Shown here: positions 13,411 through 29,028 of the stretch, one piece after another
Numbering within the stretch: position 1 is the first letter of the stretch
Layout: each line of letters starts with the position of its first letter
Assembly: GCF_009914755.1 (NCBI RefSeq)
Contig: NC_060932.1
Length of the DNA stretch: 64,000 nucleotides
Origin: the human T2T-CHM13v2.0 reference genome, Homo sapiens
Direction: 5' to 3' (one strand)
Notes under the pieces: generated by a model
What the model saw: the letters and a program-made list of their open reading frames with translations, nothing else
Databases searched by the model: none
Told to the model about the DNA's origin: nothing
Made by a program: the position numbers and the translations under genes

Positions 13411-13985
13411 ATTTCTAGGGTGACTATTGGAGATTAAATAGACTTTTGACAACATTTTGGTGATACTGTGCAAAAATCATGTATCATAAAATAATCCAAA
13501 TGGTTAGTTTGTTTGTGTTTTAAAACACTGAATGCTAAAATACGTCCCAAGTTTCTTAAAATTACACACTTTCTGAAATGCATCACATAGAAAACAGATA
13601 TAACAAAGGTACTGGAGGTAAAGCTCACAACAGAGAGGTTTCTTTTTAGCCTTCTGTAACTTTTGGCAATTTGTAAAACAACTAGGTAAAAACAAAAAGA
13701 GGAAAAGAGAAATCTCAGAAGTTGGTCAGTGTAGGCTGTTTGCTAGTATGGTTTATTCAGAGCTCTGGAGGCCTGGAAAGGAAGTAGGAGTGAGACTAAT
13801 GGGCTTTTGGTTTTCAGAACAGAGCCAGTCCCTTGAGGAAACTGTTCGATTATTTCACGGACGGCAAAAAGGGATAATGTGATACGTACAAGAAATTTTT
13901 TTCTTGCTTCCCATATTCCTACTAAATTGCACAACACTACAACACTTTCCAAACAGGTAAACATGTTCTGGGACAATAGTTCTGT

Positions 13986-14004
13986 ACACACACACACACA
14001 CACA
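13986..14004. repeat. (AC)n microsatellite
   Basis: About 9 AC units. Confidence 0.9.
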
Positions 14005-14396
14005 GAAAATCTCACAGAGCCATGTATGCTGGTGTAAAATATAAAAGCTGGTTGATGAGTGGGTGGTTTCTGAAGCCTGATCCTAAGGCAGAGACATAAA
14101 CAAAGCATGCTGTCCAAGAACAAGTCTCAGTCAACCATGGGTCTTTCATGTAAAGACCAACCTCTGAAAACATGTGGAAAATGCTATAACGATTTAGGAA
14201 CTTACAGAATAAAGAACGTTCGGCATTATCACTGATTAAGTTCAGGAGAGAATATTCTCTGGGAAAAATGGGCATTAAAAGAAAAGATTGTCTTCTTGCA
14301 TCACAGGTTAAAACATGTAGCGCTTTATGTTTATTTCCAATTAAAGTAAGAAAATAGCTTTTAATCAGTCATCCAATATGTAATAAAGACTTAGTA

Positions 14397-14688
14397 CAGT
14401 CATGCACTGTAACGATGATTTTCTATACATGATGTTGGTCCCATATGATTATAATGGAGCATTTATAGAAACCTGATGTATGACACTTGATATTGGCATT
14501 GCATAGTAGAGGAAATGATTGACATTCAGTAATGGTGCTGGGCTATTTGGTTTTTCTTATAAAAAAATAAATAAATAAATACCATATAGGTTTGTGTAAG
14601 TTCACTCTATGATGTCTGCACAAGGATGTGCATTGCCTAATGATGCAATTCTCAGACAGCATCCCCGCTGTCAAGTGATGCATGACTA
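14397..14688 (+). mobile_element. Tigger3a (TcMar-Tigger non-autonomous DNA transposon)
   Basis: TIRs CAGTCATGCAC.../...TGCATGACTA, TA duplication on both sides, internal GGTCCCATATGATTATAATGGAGC...GATATTGGCATTGCA. Confidence 0.9.
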
Positions 14689-15193
14689 TATTGCAAGGCA
14701 ATGATGAGGATATTAAAAATTATGAAAAATGAGATCTAAGAGACAGAAAACTAATCCACATGCAAATTTCACTAAATATTCAAGAGAGAAACATTTGGCC
14801 ATAAGAGGATCTAGCTTTTTACTTATGGAAGGGTTGCATTTATAGCATAGACCTATATACCTCAGCTGACCTCTACTTAAGAGTTGGGGACATGGTATAG
14901 TAGAACATCCAAAGGCTGACCAAAAAGAATACATATACAACATTACGTATTTATAATTTTTTAAAGAAGAGGACATATAATTGTGCATATAGTCTTGCCA
15001 CTCATAACCCAAAAGCTGCCTACTACTTTCCCTACCCCAACTGGAGCCAGCTTATTAAGTTGGACACCAACATTGGCTCCAAATTATCTTGTCTCCACCA
15101 AGTTTGCCAAAAGAGCCTGACAAATCAGGTATGTCTAAGTTGTAAAACGGTAAACCTGGGACTCCTAGGTATTCCCTTTCCAGGTTAGCTAGC

Positions 15194-15365
15194 CCAGTGG
15201 TTCTCAAACTTCAGCGTGCATTGGAATCATCTACCGGGCCTGCTCTCAAAGTTTTCTGATTCTGTAGGTCATTAGATCAAGGGTGGGGCTGAAGAAGTTA
15301 TATTTTCTTCAAGTTCTCAGGCAGCACTGCTCCGGCTCTAGGAATCATATTTTGAGAAGTACCGA
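15194..15365. mobile_element. MER5A-like hAT-Charlie MITE
   Basis: CAGTGGTTCTCAAACTTCAGCGTGCATTGGAATCATCT ... TTTGAGAAGTACCG. Confidence 0.8.
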
Positions 15366-15465
15366 GCTAGGAGAACATGCTGGTGTGATTGAATGAACTG
15401 TTGTGCATATGGCTGCACCCAAGGTGAATTTGTGATCAGTAGAAACAGAGACCACTTGCAGTTTT

Positions 15466-15864
<399 letters not shown>

Positions 15865-15991
15865 CTATTTCTAGAATTCAGATAGCAATTGCTGGATTTA
15901 CAAATAATGCAATTACATTTTGCTAGTGTTTTGTGCCCATACTTATTAAAGCATAAAACATATTTTATTTTTTAATTTTTTATTTCTGGCA

Positions 15992-16137
15992 TTTTTTTTT
16001 CTTTGTAGAGTGGGCGGTGGGGGTGGGGGGGTTCTCATTATGTTGCCCTGGCTGGTCTTGAACTCCTGGGTTCAAGCAATCCTCCTGTCTCAGGTTCTCA
16101 TTGTTAGGATTATAGGCTTAAGCCACTGTCCCCAGCT
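15992..16137 (-). mobile_element. FLAM/AluJ left monomer
   Basis: TGTAGAG(G-run)TTCTCATTATGTTGCCCTGGCTGGTCTTGAACTCCTGGG...CCACTGTCCCCAGC. Confidence 0.85.
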
Positions 16138-16169
16138 GAAACCTATTTTCTGTTTCCTATATCCACTGC

Positions 16170-17705
16170 ATAGTATCCATCCACCCACTTGACAAAAATG
16201 TACTGAGCCTCTATTTTGTATCAGGCACTGTGCCAAGCACTAGAGATATTAGCAGTGAACAAAGGTAGACATTGTCTCTGGCCTTATGAAGCTCACAGCA
16301 TAGTGGGGGATGTCAATGTTAAACAAATAATTAAACGAATGGCCATTAATTAAACACTGTGGAGAGTGTTACAAAGAAAAGTTCAGAGAGGGTAACTTCA
16401 TTTAGCTTTTCTGAGGAACTAACATATGATTTGACACCTAAATATGAACAAGGCAAAGTATAGGTGGAAGAGCACTCCTCAGACTGGGAACTACATGTGC
16501 AAAAGTTCTAGGTAAGAATCTTGGCAAGAGTTCCAAGCTAGGATCTTAAAATAGAAAAGACTAGCTGGAATCTGGTGAATGATGGAAAGGGGAGCACAAG
16601 ATGATGCTGCTGAGGCGGTCACTAGATCATGCAAGCCCTTGTAGTTGATGCTAGTAAGCACTGAGCACCTATACGTGGGTTTTAAGTAGATAAATGATGT
16701 GATTTGTGGTTTCAAAAGATCTCTGTGGCTCCTATGAGGAGGATATATCTGGAAGAAGGGGATGAGAGTAGAGATGGCATTGACAGGTAAGTGGTAACAG
16801 CTCAAGAAAGAACTGACTGCTGATTTGGCTGGGCTGCTGGTGATGAATATGGGGAGAAGTATTCATGCCTCAGTTATATTTTGGAGAGAGAGGTGTATTT
16901 TGGTTCTGGGTTGATTGCGGGAGTGTAGAAGACGTCGCAGTCGAAGAAGCCTCTCAGATTCTTGCCCTGTGAAGCTGAGAAGATGAAAGTACCATCTATA
17001 TAGGTAGAGAAGACTGCAGCTGAAGTGGACTAGGTCATCACAGGAGCTGAATTTGTTTTTGGAGAAGCTCAACTAGAGAGAGTTGTGAAACTTTTAAACC
17101 ACTGGTTTTAGGAGTCTGGAGGTGAGAATAGAGGTCTTGGCTGAAATATAAGTTTGAGGGTATCTGAAGCTGGGGAGATGAGGACCTTATATTTTGAGAC
17201 TTTGACATGGGAAGGGAGTGGGCTTGAGACTGGATGCAGGTACTCAAGGGCCCAATTCAGGAGGAGCCCGCAGAGTGATGTGATGAGCACCAGCCAGAGG
17301 TGAAAGGGGAAGACCAGAAGTGTGATGTCACAGAAGCGGAAGGAACAGACTCTTCCAAAATGAGCTGGACAGTCAATAGGCTGGAGTGATCTGGGGTTAG
17401 GTGAGATGAGAATGTAAATGTGATCATTTCATCCTGCAATGTGGAAGTCACTGAAGAAAATCAGCAAGCGTAGATATGGAAATGTGAAGGGGATGGGAAG
17501 CTGGATCAGAGTGAGTTGAAGAGGAAGCTGGAGGGTAGGAAGCAAAGACATTTATTCATTGAATCACTGATCCAGACATTGATTCATCCAATTCATTATT
17601 TGAACAAATATCACAGGAGCAGCAACTCAGCTCTGGGAAAAAGATGAAGAATCGAGTCCTGCCTTGGAGTGGCTCATCACAGTCTAGATGGGGAGACCAA
17701 ATGAG
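16170..17705 (-). mobile_element. L2 (LINE2) relics
   Basis: L2 3' end AAATGTACTGAGCCTCTATTTTGTATCAGGCACTGTGCCAAGCACT followed by a long purine-rich body; a second (ATTC)n L2 tail near 17550. Confidence 0.75.
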
Positions 17706-18474
17706 TAAATACCTTTTCCTCATCCCCTCTCCCAAATTGATTCTGAAAACAAGTATTACTTTCTGGATTTATGACTATCTGCTGGTCCTATAGAGCTTTC
17801 CAATTTTTTCACGTCAAGACATACATTCATAGAAAATGATAATATTGGTCCAGATCATTGGGATGCATAGAAGGGGGGTCAAGGTTGGAGTTGTATCCTA
17901 GAATTTACTAGGATATATCCCTGTTGTTGATTCTGGCCTGTGGGATAAATGGAATCTAGTCATCCCCAGACTGGTTTAACCCCAGTCATCACCTAATCTA
18001 TATATGGTAAATTCTATCAATAGCTACCTCCTTCCCATCACAACTACAGTTCAGGGAAGCTAGAAGAAAGAAATGACTTCTAGAAATATTGACTTTTTTC
18101 TACTAAATTTTGGGGTGACTTGGTTTAGGGCTATTTTAAACTCCTCATCTGTTCTATGATTAGGAAATATTTTCACCACTAATGCAGAATTTTTCTGATA
18201 TACATTATGATTTAAAATCTTTCTGCATATTCTTATATATACATTAGAATGTCATGCCCTGTTTCTCCAGCAAAACTCTTAGGATCCTTAAGAACAGGAG
18301 CTGTGTATGTATTTTCTTTCTTTTTGTCCTCTCTATACCAGTGTGGTAACTTTCATGTAGTAAGTAATGGTTATTGATTGATATATACACAAGTATACAA
18401 ATCCATGTTTAATACTTAGGTTTTATTTGTTGTAGAGTTTGAGAAAAGAACATTGCTTCATTATCCAGTGTTTA

Positions 18475-18768
18475 TTTTTTATTTTTATTTTTACATTTAG
18501 AGACAGAATTTTGCTCTGTTACCCAGGCTGGAGTGCAGTGGCATGATTGTAGCTCACTGCAGCCTCTAACTCCTAGGCTTAAGTGACCCTCCCACCTCAA
18601 CTTCCTCAGTAGCTGGGACTACAGGTGCACACCACAATGTCTGGATAATTTTAAATTTTTTTGTAGAGACAGAATCTTGCTATGTTGCCCAGGATGGTCT
18701 TCAACTGATCCCCCTTTCTCGGCCTCCCAAAATGCTGGGATTGCAGGAATAAACCACCGCACCCAGCC
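18475..18768 (-). mobile_element. AluJ
   Basis: J-type sequence; TSD ATTATCCAGTGTTTA at 18460-18474 and 18770-18784. Confidence 0.94.
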
Positions 18769-20892
18769 TATTATCCAGTGTTTAAAAATAAGACCGATTT
18801 TTTGCCTTTGGCTGGTTGACTCATCTGATATCAAAAGAACCCAGCACAACCTGGCAGAGGTGGAACGTTAGCAAACTATGTACACACATGTTTTGATTTT
18901 TACATATTCAATGGAATCCTCATGAACTTTTGACTGAACACAAAGGTCTACCTTGCTGAGCTAGGTTACAGGTCTGTTGATCTCTGCCTCTTTTTCCATG
19001 CCACCCTCCTTTAGCAGAATGTTGTGTATTCTGTGAGCTCTGAGCAAATATTAATTCTAGATAATTATATAGGCCAGCACATTCAAACCAGTCACTAGCT
19101 ACCTTCCTCTACGTCTTCTTTGCTAATCAAGGGCCTTCCTATCATGAAGCTGTGGTCTCTGCTTCATGTTTCAAGGCCCAGGTCACAGGTATAGACAAAA
19201 AACACACGGTGAGAGGGGATGAGGTGACCAGGGGTTAGGATTACTACATCTGTCTTTCCTCACTACCTTCCTTTTGAATTTTTTAATCTTGTTTACTTGT
19301 TAAACTTTTCTTCAGACTCTCTGTGCCTCTACAAACTGAACATGACTCAAAATACCTTTCCTTACAAGTCTCATTTTCATGAGCGTGGAAACAGGTTAGC
19401 CTTATAGGTAGGTGTTCCACCCTCTGCAAAATGTTTACACACTTGAAATTAGGTTAAAATAAACATAATGGATAGACATGAAGAGGAAAAAAAATAAAGC
19501 AAAGAATAAATCCAGAAAGCTCACAATGAGCACCAAGGGTATCCAAACCAGGAGGAGAAAAGCTCACTACCTTCTTTATGATTCACCCAGAGCCAGGTTC
19601 CTCTGGTTCCTTTGGGTGGATTCCTGGTCTCTTATTGCAGCCTTCTAGTAAATAAATGGTCACAGTGGTTTTACTGGGATACTATACAGATTGGTGGTTT
19701 GTAAACAAGCCCAAACTTTTAATTCAATTTTTAATTTTTGTTATTTTGTAAGCATCACATTGGCTACTCTGGAAAATAATGATTGATAGGAGTAAACCTG
19801 GTATTCGTTTGGGTGGCAATTCCAATTGGTAGGATTCTTTTTTGCTCAGAGATCTGAGGCTATGAATCCATGGCTTAAAAGTATAGAGAACAAGTTCTAA
19901 GCCGAATAGTATTTTAATAAGTCTGGCTCAATAAAGGCAACACTCCAAAGAAGATTGAGTAAAGAACTTCCAAGTTGAGGACTGGTTATTATGAGGATAA
20001 ATAGTGTTTTGTTAAAATAGCTATTGCTACAGAGGATCAAAAAAGGGAAAGAATCAGTATGTGTAATTTTGTCCCATAGCTGAATTCTGTGCACCATATA
20101 ATGCTCTCAAATTTAAAATGTCTATGTTCTAATTCAGAAATGATGGAGACAGAAACATCAGAAGAAACCCCCAACTAACCCAAAACCAAAAAATAAAAAA
20201 AAAAATCCCCACCAAATCCAAGAAACTTTTCATAAAACCTGAAACTCAATATTTTCTACTTTCTGTTTAAAAGTACAACCTATTTTTTGAAGTTTCTAAA
20301 ATTTCAGAAGCACAAAAATTTTTGCCTACCAAAAGGAATAAAATATTGATATTGGCATTGAGTCAGTCCTCACTCCTTGTTTTAAGTGGCTTTAATATGT
20401 TCCTTTCTGTGCCTTCTTTCTTTTTCCTAGACGCTTTCTTGACATAACATGTTGAGAATGTGACCAGGGGACAATGTATGTAACTTCTACACACAAAGAC
20501 TCAAACCATGTTAGGTTGATGTCAGCTTCCACAAAATGACGAACTATTATTTTTAAACCGATAAATTAGCTTCAGCATTTTTAATGACCTCTAAGTCACA
20601 TACAGTAAAACCTTGATTGGACATGGAATGTAATTGCTTATTTTTCTTAGTGCCCCTTTAAATTAAAAACAAAACACAAAACACCTTATTTCAACCATTT
20701 TTGAAAATCATTGTAAAGTGCATTAGCATATTTTCCTGCCTTAGCGAATAAAGCGTAATGAACACAATGCAATCTTTTTATAAAGATTGGTTCCTGCAGT
20801 GCCTCCAGCTCCAAATTATCTGAGCTACACTGTTCATTCCCTGGTTTCAAGAAGTATACCTGAGAGTCAGAGAATGACCAGAGCACACATAG

Positions 20893-21246
<354 letters not shown>

Positions 21247-21681
21247 TGATGGATTTTCTTGAGTTTGCTTTTTCTTTAACAAGTAAATTATGAGTTACTT
21301 GATTAACCCATTAATTAACCTAGGTTAATTGTTATTTTACAGAATTAATATAGTTTATTTGGAACAATATATTAAAATGTGATTTTTTTTTGTATTTGAC
21401 TGAGTCACTGCTGAAATAGATTCTTAAGAGTGGTTCTCGGATGCTGAAATCTCCTGCCCAAAGGTTTAAAGAAAATAAAATTTATGTTTATCCTCCCTAA
21501 AGGCAGAGAAATGGACTAAATTACCTCTCTAGAATTGTGGCAACACTATGATTCTAGAAAAACTAACTGAATTTAATTTAAAAATATATTACAGTTTTTT
21601 CATATTGCACTTACTACTTATATAAATTGTTTAAATTATTTTTTCTTTGTCCTTATTGCATGCATGAATACATTTTTGTAA

Positions 21682-22069
<388 letters not shown>

Positions 22070-22399
22070 AAAAATAAACATTTTCTAAGACTGAAACTGC
22101 TTAACGAGGGCATTTCAAGATGCAGTGGGAAATGGCTTTCCTGCTTGTTACAGAACTACCCTTCATGTGTTCTCACCCGCCCCCTTATTTAAAATATAGC
22201 TTTATTTACAATGTGTACAACAAAATTTATAGTAACTCAAACTAAATGGGTTCCCTAAATGGTTTCAAATGACACATTCTCCTTCTTTACCTAACATCAC
22301 TTTGTTAGATATCTACAAACATGTTTATTTTATGAGGCTTCACAATAGAGTAGACAGCTTTAAAAGATCTTAGCAAACACAGAGTTATTCAGACACAGA

Positions 22400-23810
22400 A
22401 AATTTTCAAGTGTCTTCTCTGTGTGCCAGACACCTTATACATACTGGGAAAACAGTGATGAACAGAACTTGAAAAGCCCCTTTGCTCATGAGGCTGACCT
22501 TCCAGTGGGGAAGATTGCCTAACGACATGGAAAACAAATAAGTCAATGTCATATTTAGATAACTGTTAGGAAGAAGAGAAAATAAGGCCATATGGTGGAG
22601 AGCGAGGGATGCTTGGAGAGGGGGTGAGAAGTGGCTTTAGTCAAGGTTACCAGGGACGTCAGCTCTCATGGTGGTGACATTTGAGTTGCACCATGAATAA
22701 CCAGGAGATAGCATTGCAAGCACTGACACAGAGGAGAGAAGCAGGGGGGAGTTGCAGATGCGGAGACCTTGGGAGGGAAAGGAGCTTGGTGTGCTCAAAG
22801 GACAGAGACAAGGCTAGTGTCACTGCTAGCACAGTGGAAGATGGGGGAGAAGAGAGGGACAAGAGGTCAGGGAGCAGGGACAGGCCAGATCTGTGAGCCC
22901 CCCTGGAGGAGTTTTATGTTGGCAGAAATGGGGAGCAGCTGGAAGTTCTAAGCAAGAAGAGTATCATAAGTGGATTAATAAGCAGAAAGATCACTGTGCA
23001 CATGGGGTAGACTGCGCAGGCAGGGGAGAAGGCAGAAGACCAGCTAGGAAACAATGGGGACCAAACCAGGTTTGTGGGAGACAGACATCAATTGTCTCTG
23101 GGCAAGGACAAGGCAAGAGGAAAACATCAGGAGTTATTTTGTAGATAAAGTGGGCAGGACTTACTAACGCATGGACTGGATGAGTCATTTGAAGAAAAGA
23201 GAAGAATCAAAAATTCCTTCTGGGTGTTTGATCTTGGCTGAAAATCTGGTGTATCAGAAGGTACAGAGGGAAGACACCAGTTGTCCTGGTTTTGTCATGT
23301 TAAAAATGAGATGCTTGTTAGATGTCCAAAGTAGAGATTTAAGTCATAATCATAGCTATTATTTATCAATGCCTATTATGTGGCAGGCCCTGCTCTAAGC
23401 CCTTTTAGGGGCAATAGCTCATTTATGCCTCTTAACTTTATCTGGAAATAGGGACTGCTATTGTGACTGTTAAGGCTGTAATAAATGGCAGAGTCTGAAT
23501 TAGCCCACAGAAAATCTGGCTCAGGGGCTCTAGCTGGTTGTCACTGTGCTAAGCCAAGGAGGGAGAGACAAGTTTGGACTCAGGAGAGAGGTCCAAGCTG
23601 CAGGTATACATTTTAGAATCATCAGCCTCCAAGGTGTTTTTAAGACTATGGGGGCAGGATGAGATCTTCCAAAGAGAAAAGAGACAGGAAGAAAGGATGG
23701 CTGGAGAAAATGCCTTGGGGTCTGCCACAATTTAGAAGCCTCTTGGAGGAGGAAGAGCAAAGGAGTGTGAGAAATAGCAGCTAGCAGGATTGAAGGAAAT
23801 CAGGCAAATG
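22400..23810 (-). mobile_element. L2 relic with nested MIR (~23350-23525)
   Basis: GTGTGCCAGACAC...CTGGGAAAACAGTGATGAACAG 3' end; TTAGATGTCCAAAGTAGAGAT resumes at TTTGGACTCAGGAGAGAGGTC after a MIR-like segment. Confidence 0.7.
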
Positions 23811-25109
23811 GGTAGAGAATTTGACTAAAGTACAGTAGAGTTCAACTATAAACTACTTTTTTAAATTTTAAGAAAGGGACTTATATTCAGAGGGTATAGA
23901 AACCAAGGACATGCTGATCAACACTTTTCTCTACGGAATACTAATATTTGTAGAGAAATCAATGTGAGCACACAAAAAGTCTTTTCTAGATCAGCTCATA
24001 TTTATCGTCAAGGCACGAGACTTCCTGATGCAGAGTGGAAGACAATTAAGGGAGGGTTCTCTAAACCTCGATTGAAGTTTCTCAAAGCATATATGAAACT
24101 AACATCCTCATTTTCCTCATGGTAAAGTCATCCTGTGGGCAAGCTGATGGAAACCCCTGTCCTTCATAAGAGTAGATCTCCAAGAAGTGTAGGATAATGT
24201 ATATTACATATTATGCCTTATAGAAAATATTGATAACAAACAAAATGCTCAAGCCAAACCTGGATCTATTGTTCCATAGAATCATGGCAGACTTTATATA
24301 GCATGGGTATATAAAGTCTGCGATGATTCTCTGCTTGACAATTTAAAAAGCAAAATTAATCAACTATTATTTATTGTACCCACACTAAGTCATGTGTAAT
24401 CATGACTTGTTAATTTCAAAATATGATTTTTTTTGCAAGGAATAAGTTTTCTTTCATAAAAATTGTTTTTACAAATTATAAAACATTAATTTATGTAATA
24501 TTTTCACTTATGAAGGTACTATTTATTATATATTGTACTGGAAGTTTAACTGGGAAAAGATTTGATATTCAGAATCTTTACAAAAACTGGGCAGAAGGCA
24601 TATTTCTAAAGGCTCATCTTTCTTTTGAAAATATAACTGAATTAATTATTTTCCTTGTAAATCTTCCAATATGAGCTGAAGTTCATTCATCTAAGTCTTT
24701 GAAGCATATTCCATTATTTGCTCAAGTCTAGGAAAGTAGAACCCTTAATAAAGTTTTTTTTTCTAACATAAACCCAGTCCTAAGGTGAAATTGCTTGACC
24801 CCAAGACACTATGGTTGATTATTGAAATCAAAGGTAGAATTACAGTGGTAGAAATTCTAAAGTATCAATATATGTAATAAAATAATATTTGTTACACTAT
24901 ATTAATTTTTCAGACTACGAAAAGTCACAATTCCAGGAGAAAGTTTTTAAACTCTCAAAACAAAGAAGTATTATTTTTCTCAAAGCATGAGATTAGCTTG
25001 TTTTTTATTGTTAGGTTTGTAGCTACTGAGACTAAACCAAGATAAAGCCATCATGGTTGAACAACTGTGGTGGCCCACACAGCTCAGCCATGTGTTTTAT
25101 CATGGCATC

Positions 25110-25275
25110 TATTGTGTGGTAGAAAAAACTGGAAAGATCAGAAGATGGGGTTTGAATACAAGCTCTGTCATGTACTAGCTACATGCTCCTGCCTTCAACC
25201 TCCCCTTCTTTATCTATAAAATGAGTATAAGAACAGTACATGTAGGGTTGTTGTGATGATTAATACAAAATAGTG
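25110..25275 (+). mobile_element. MIR relic
   Basis: GGGTTTGAATACAAGCTCTGTCA...TATCTATAAAATGAG...TAGGGTTGTTGTGATGATTAA. Confidence 0.75.
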
Positions 25276-28200
25276 TTAATTAATCAATTAATAATGTACA
25301 TAATATATTAATAGTATAATGTATGCCACCCAAATATAAACGGATATTATTGCTATGTGACATTGATGGTAACCCAGGGAAACAAAATTAACACATTAAG
25401 ACTGATGTCAAATTTGTCATTTTTTCCTAATATTAAGATATAGAAATAATTAAGAAGTAAATGACTTACTAATAGTTAGCTAAAGCAGATGAAATGAAAA
25501 ATATAAACCAAGTAAAACAAAATCAATTGTTTCTGGTCAAAGGCAAAAGGAAAAGTATAACTTCCTTCCTGGGGTGAAAATAGAAACAGAAGGAAGATGT
25601 GTTCAAATACCTGCTTGAGAATGCCTTTAGCATAGATGTAAATTCCAGATGGTTACAAGAGCATTTAATTTCTCTACAGTTTTGCTCTATTAAAATCTTG
25701 ATCATGCAGCACACAAAAGGTGGCCTATATGAAAAATGTAGAATGTGGATATCATTTCCATAACACACATTAGATTTGGCAGTGTGTTTTCTGAGTTAGT
25801 AAAGATATTTCTGATTCAATTACAATTACTTTTAAATGAAATTACTAATTATCTGTCCGATTTCAGAATAATGGATTACCTAATTTGTAATTAAGGATGA
25901 ATTTACTAATTGCTACAAAAAAATAATTAGTCCAATATTTTCAAAGGTCATGTTGCTGAATGACAACATATTCTAGGAAATTTGTATTTTGTGGTTATTT
26001 TTAATGCCCTGATTTGATTTGACAATCACATTAACATCATGAATTGTAAATAGATGGAAAAATTAGGGCACAGATTCTGATGCCTATCCACACTGCTCAA
26101 TTTTCTGTGTGAATATCAGAGAATTTAGGAGGATAAGACAAAATTGTAGGAAAGACAACTTATAAGAAATCTAAATTTCCAAGATAATGTATATGTAAGA
26201 ATATGTACATATGTAATTTTACCTACAGAGCATCTTTCCCATCCGTTTTGGTACAATAAAGCTGGAAAATGTACCATTACTGTTGTTTAACAGGGATAGA
26301 TTCTGAGCAACAAAGAAAAGTATAATACCATATTAACTAAATAATTAAATTAAACAAGAGTGTAAAGAAGTGAGTAGTTCCACTCTTTGTACTGCTAGTG
26401 ATATAAACTCCATGAAAAAAATCCCCATATAGGAATTGTATATGCAATTTATTACACTTCATTCATTTATTCTTTCTATCAATACTGATCCCCTATCATA
26501 TGTTGAGTAGTATACTTCAGTGTTCCTAGCCAGATAGTATAGCTAGAGGAACTTAATATGGCAGTTAAATGGAGAGTTTTCCTCTAAGTTGCCATAACAT
26601 TGCTTTGCAAATAGTTCTGTGCAATTGAAAGAACCTGGACTGGCTGCAATTTTGTCCCCACTTGCTTTTGACCTTAGATGGGACACTTGGTTGTTCTTTC
26701 CCTTAGAATCCACCTCTTGGGGACTGGGATGATAATCTCAACCAGTCACAGGCTTGTGGGAAAATCAAGTGAGACAATTTATGTTACAGGTGGTTAAAAA
26801 TAAATTAGAGTCACAAAGCCATGGTTCGAAAAAAATACTATTTTAGTTTAACTGGAAATAATTGTGGTTGAGGCTGTAGCTGGCACCCTAGCTGAGCTCA
26901 AATCCTGAAGTTAAGAGTTGCTGCATTGGGCCCTTGCTTGATTTTTATTAGAAAAGAATAAATCATTCTGCAATTTACTGCTACAAAAAGAGAAACTCTC
27001 CTTACTGTAGTGGAACATATTACATATTATAAAAACCAAGTTTAGATACCAATTAAGCAAATAAATATTTAGTGAGCATTTATTCTTTACCAAGGACTCT
27101 TTTTGTGAAGACACAAAGATGAACAAGCTCTGATCCCTGACTCTGAGAAGTTCAGTTCTGAGAAGTCTATTTCCCATGTCCCCACACCTCATCTGTACGT
27201 GAAGATAAGCCAGATGGTCTTGAAGGGCTCACCTCATCCCAAAAACCAGTGGTTCCACACCCAGATCACAGGAGGTGAGCTACCTGCCCAACTAGCGACC
27301 TGGAATCTTCAGCTTACTCAATTATTGAAATAATTGAGTAACAATAAATAGCCTTTGTCTTTTGCAGGTGGAAATCAAAGAATTTCACAGAAATCAGTAA
27401 TTGTCAGAAACATCGATAATTTTACTTTTGTACCCTTTAATTATTTTGCACACAAAATATGTGTAGGTTAACCAAGCAATTAAATAAAACACACATACTG
27501 ATTTGAATTTTTATACCAGAAGCACTTCATATATAACAATGCGTATATCTGGTAATAAGAAAAGGTAATTTCTATGAATACGGGCTCAGTAAATGTTTGC
27601 AGAATGATTGGTAATGAATTAATTAACTGAATCATTCCCTTCCTTGTCAAATAGGAATTTTGCAAACCAAACTACTTTTGTCATCAGTTGCCATGAGATT
27701 AAAAGACATTGAAATGATGCACATAAGAAAAAATTTCAAAGTTAAAAACAACTATGCAAGTGATAGAATAATTGGCTTCCAACTCACAGAGGACAAGGCA
27801 CAATATGTGATTTTTCTGGCTGCCAGCGACAACCTTCTAGGGTATTTGTAATAACAAGAGGAGGCTTGTGAAGCAATTAGCAGGGTGCCAGGCAAATAGC
27901 AAGTGCTCAATAAATACAGCATCATCTTTCAATTATCTAGCTTTAAGTTACCATATTTTCCTTTTAGAGACTACATCTCTAGGAATCATCACACCAGGCA
28001 ACAGATTACAGGTGAGTATTTTAGATATTTTGTTGATACTTGTGTGCTGTTTTAAAATCACATTTGGTCTCTGGCAGGACACAGGGCAGAGATGCCCTGT
28101 CATTATGTCGCCTGTTTTGAAATAAGGAGAGTAGGTGGCTTTCATCTTCAGAAAATTTGCTTAACAATCAGAACCTCTAAAATTGCATGCCAAGTTTATT

Positions 28201-28374
28201 TGTGCATATGTATTTTTTTGTTAAGAAAATAATCCCTAGCTTTCATAAAATACACAAAGAGATTGTGATTCTCTCCAAATTAAAATTACTTGTATAGAAA
28301 GCCTATAGCAATTAGATAGTTTACAAAGTTTTTCACTCATGGCTCAAGGACTTGTATTCATTTCTTTCTTCTTT

Positions 28375-28700
28375 CTTTCATCCACTCACTTAGCAAATAT
28401 TGATTGAATGTCCGCTATGTGCTAAAAGCAGGGAAAATCCAGCAATAAATAAAACATAAAATTCCTGCCATAATCCTCGGGAGACAGGCAAATAAGCAAC
28501 TGACTGAAGTAGAAAATCAGGTAGCAGTAAAAGTGAGGAAGGGATATGAAGCAGATGTGGAGTGGAGCATTCTGAGTGGGGTGGGCTTGGGCGTTAGGGC
28601 TTCAGACAGGAGATCAGGGAAGGAGGTCCTGGGGAGGAGGCCGGAATGAAGTCCAGGAGAAAGCCACTCTCATATCTGGGTGAAGGGCATTGCAGGCACT
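28375..28700 (-). mobile_element. L2 3' fragment
   Basis: TCATCCACTCACTTAGCAAATATTGATTGAATGTCCGCTATGTGC... Confidence 0.7.
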
Positions 28701-28706
28701 ATTTGA

Positions 28707-29028
<322 letters not shown>

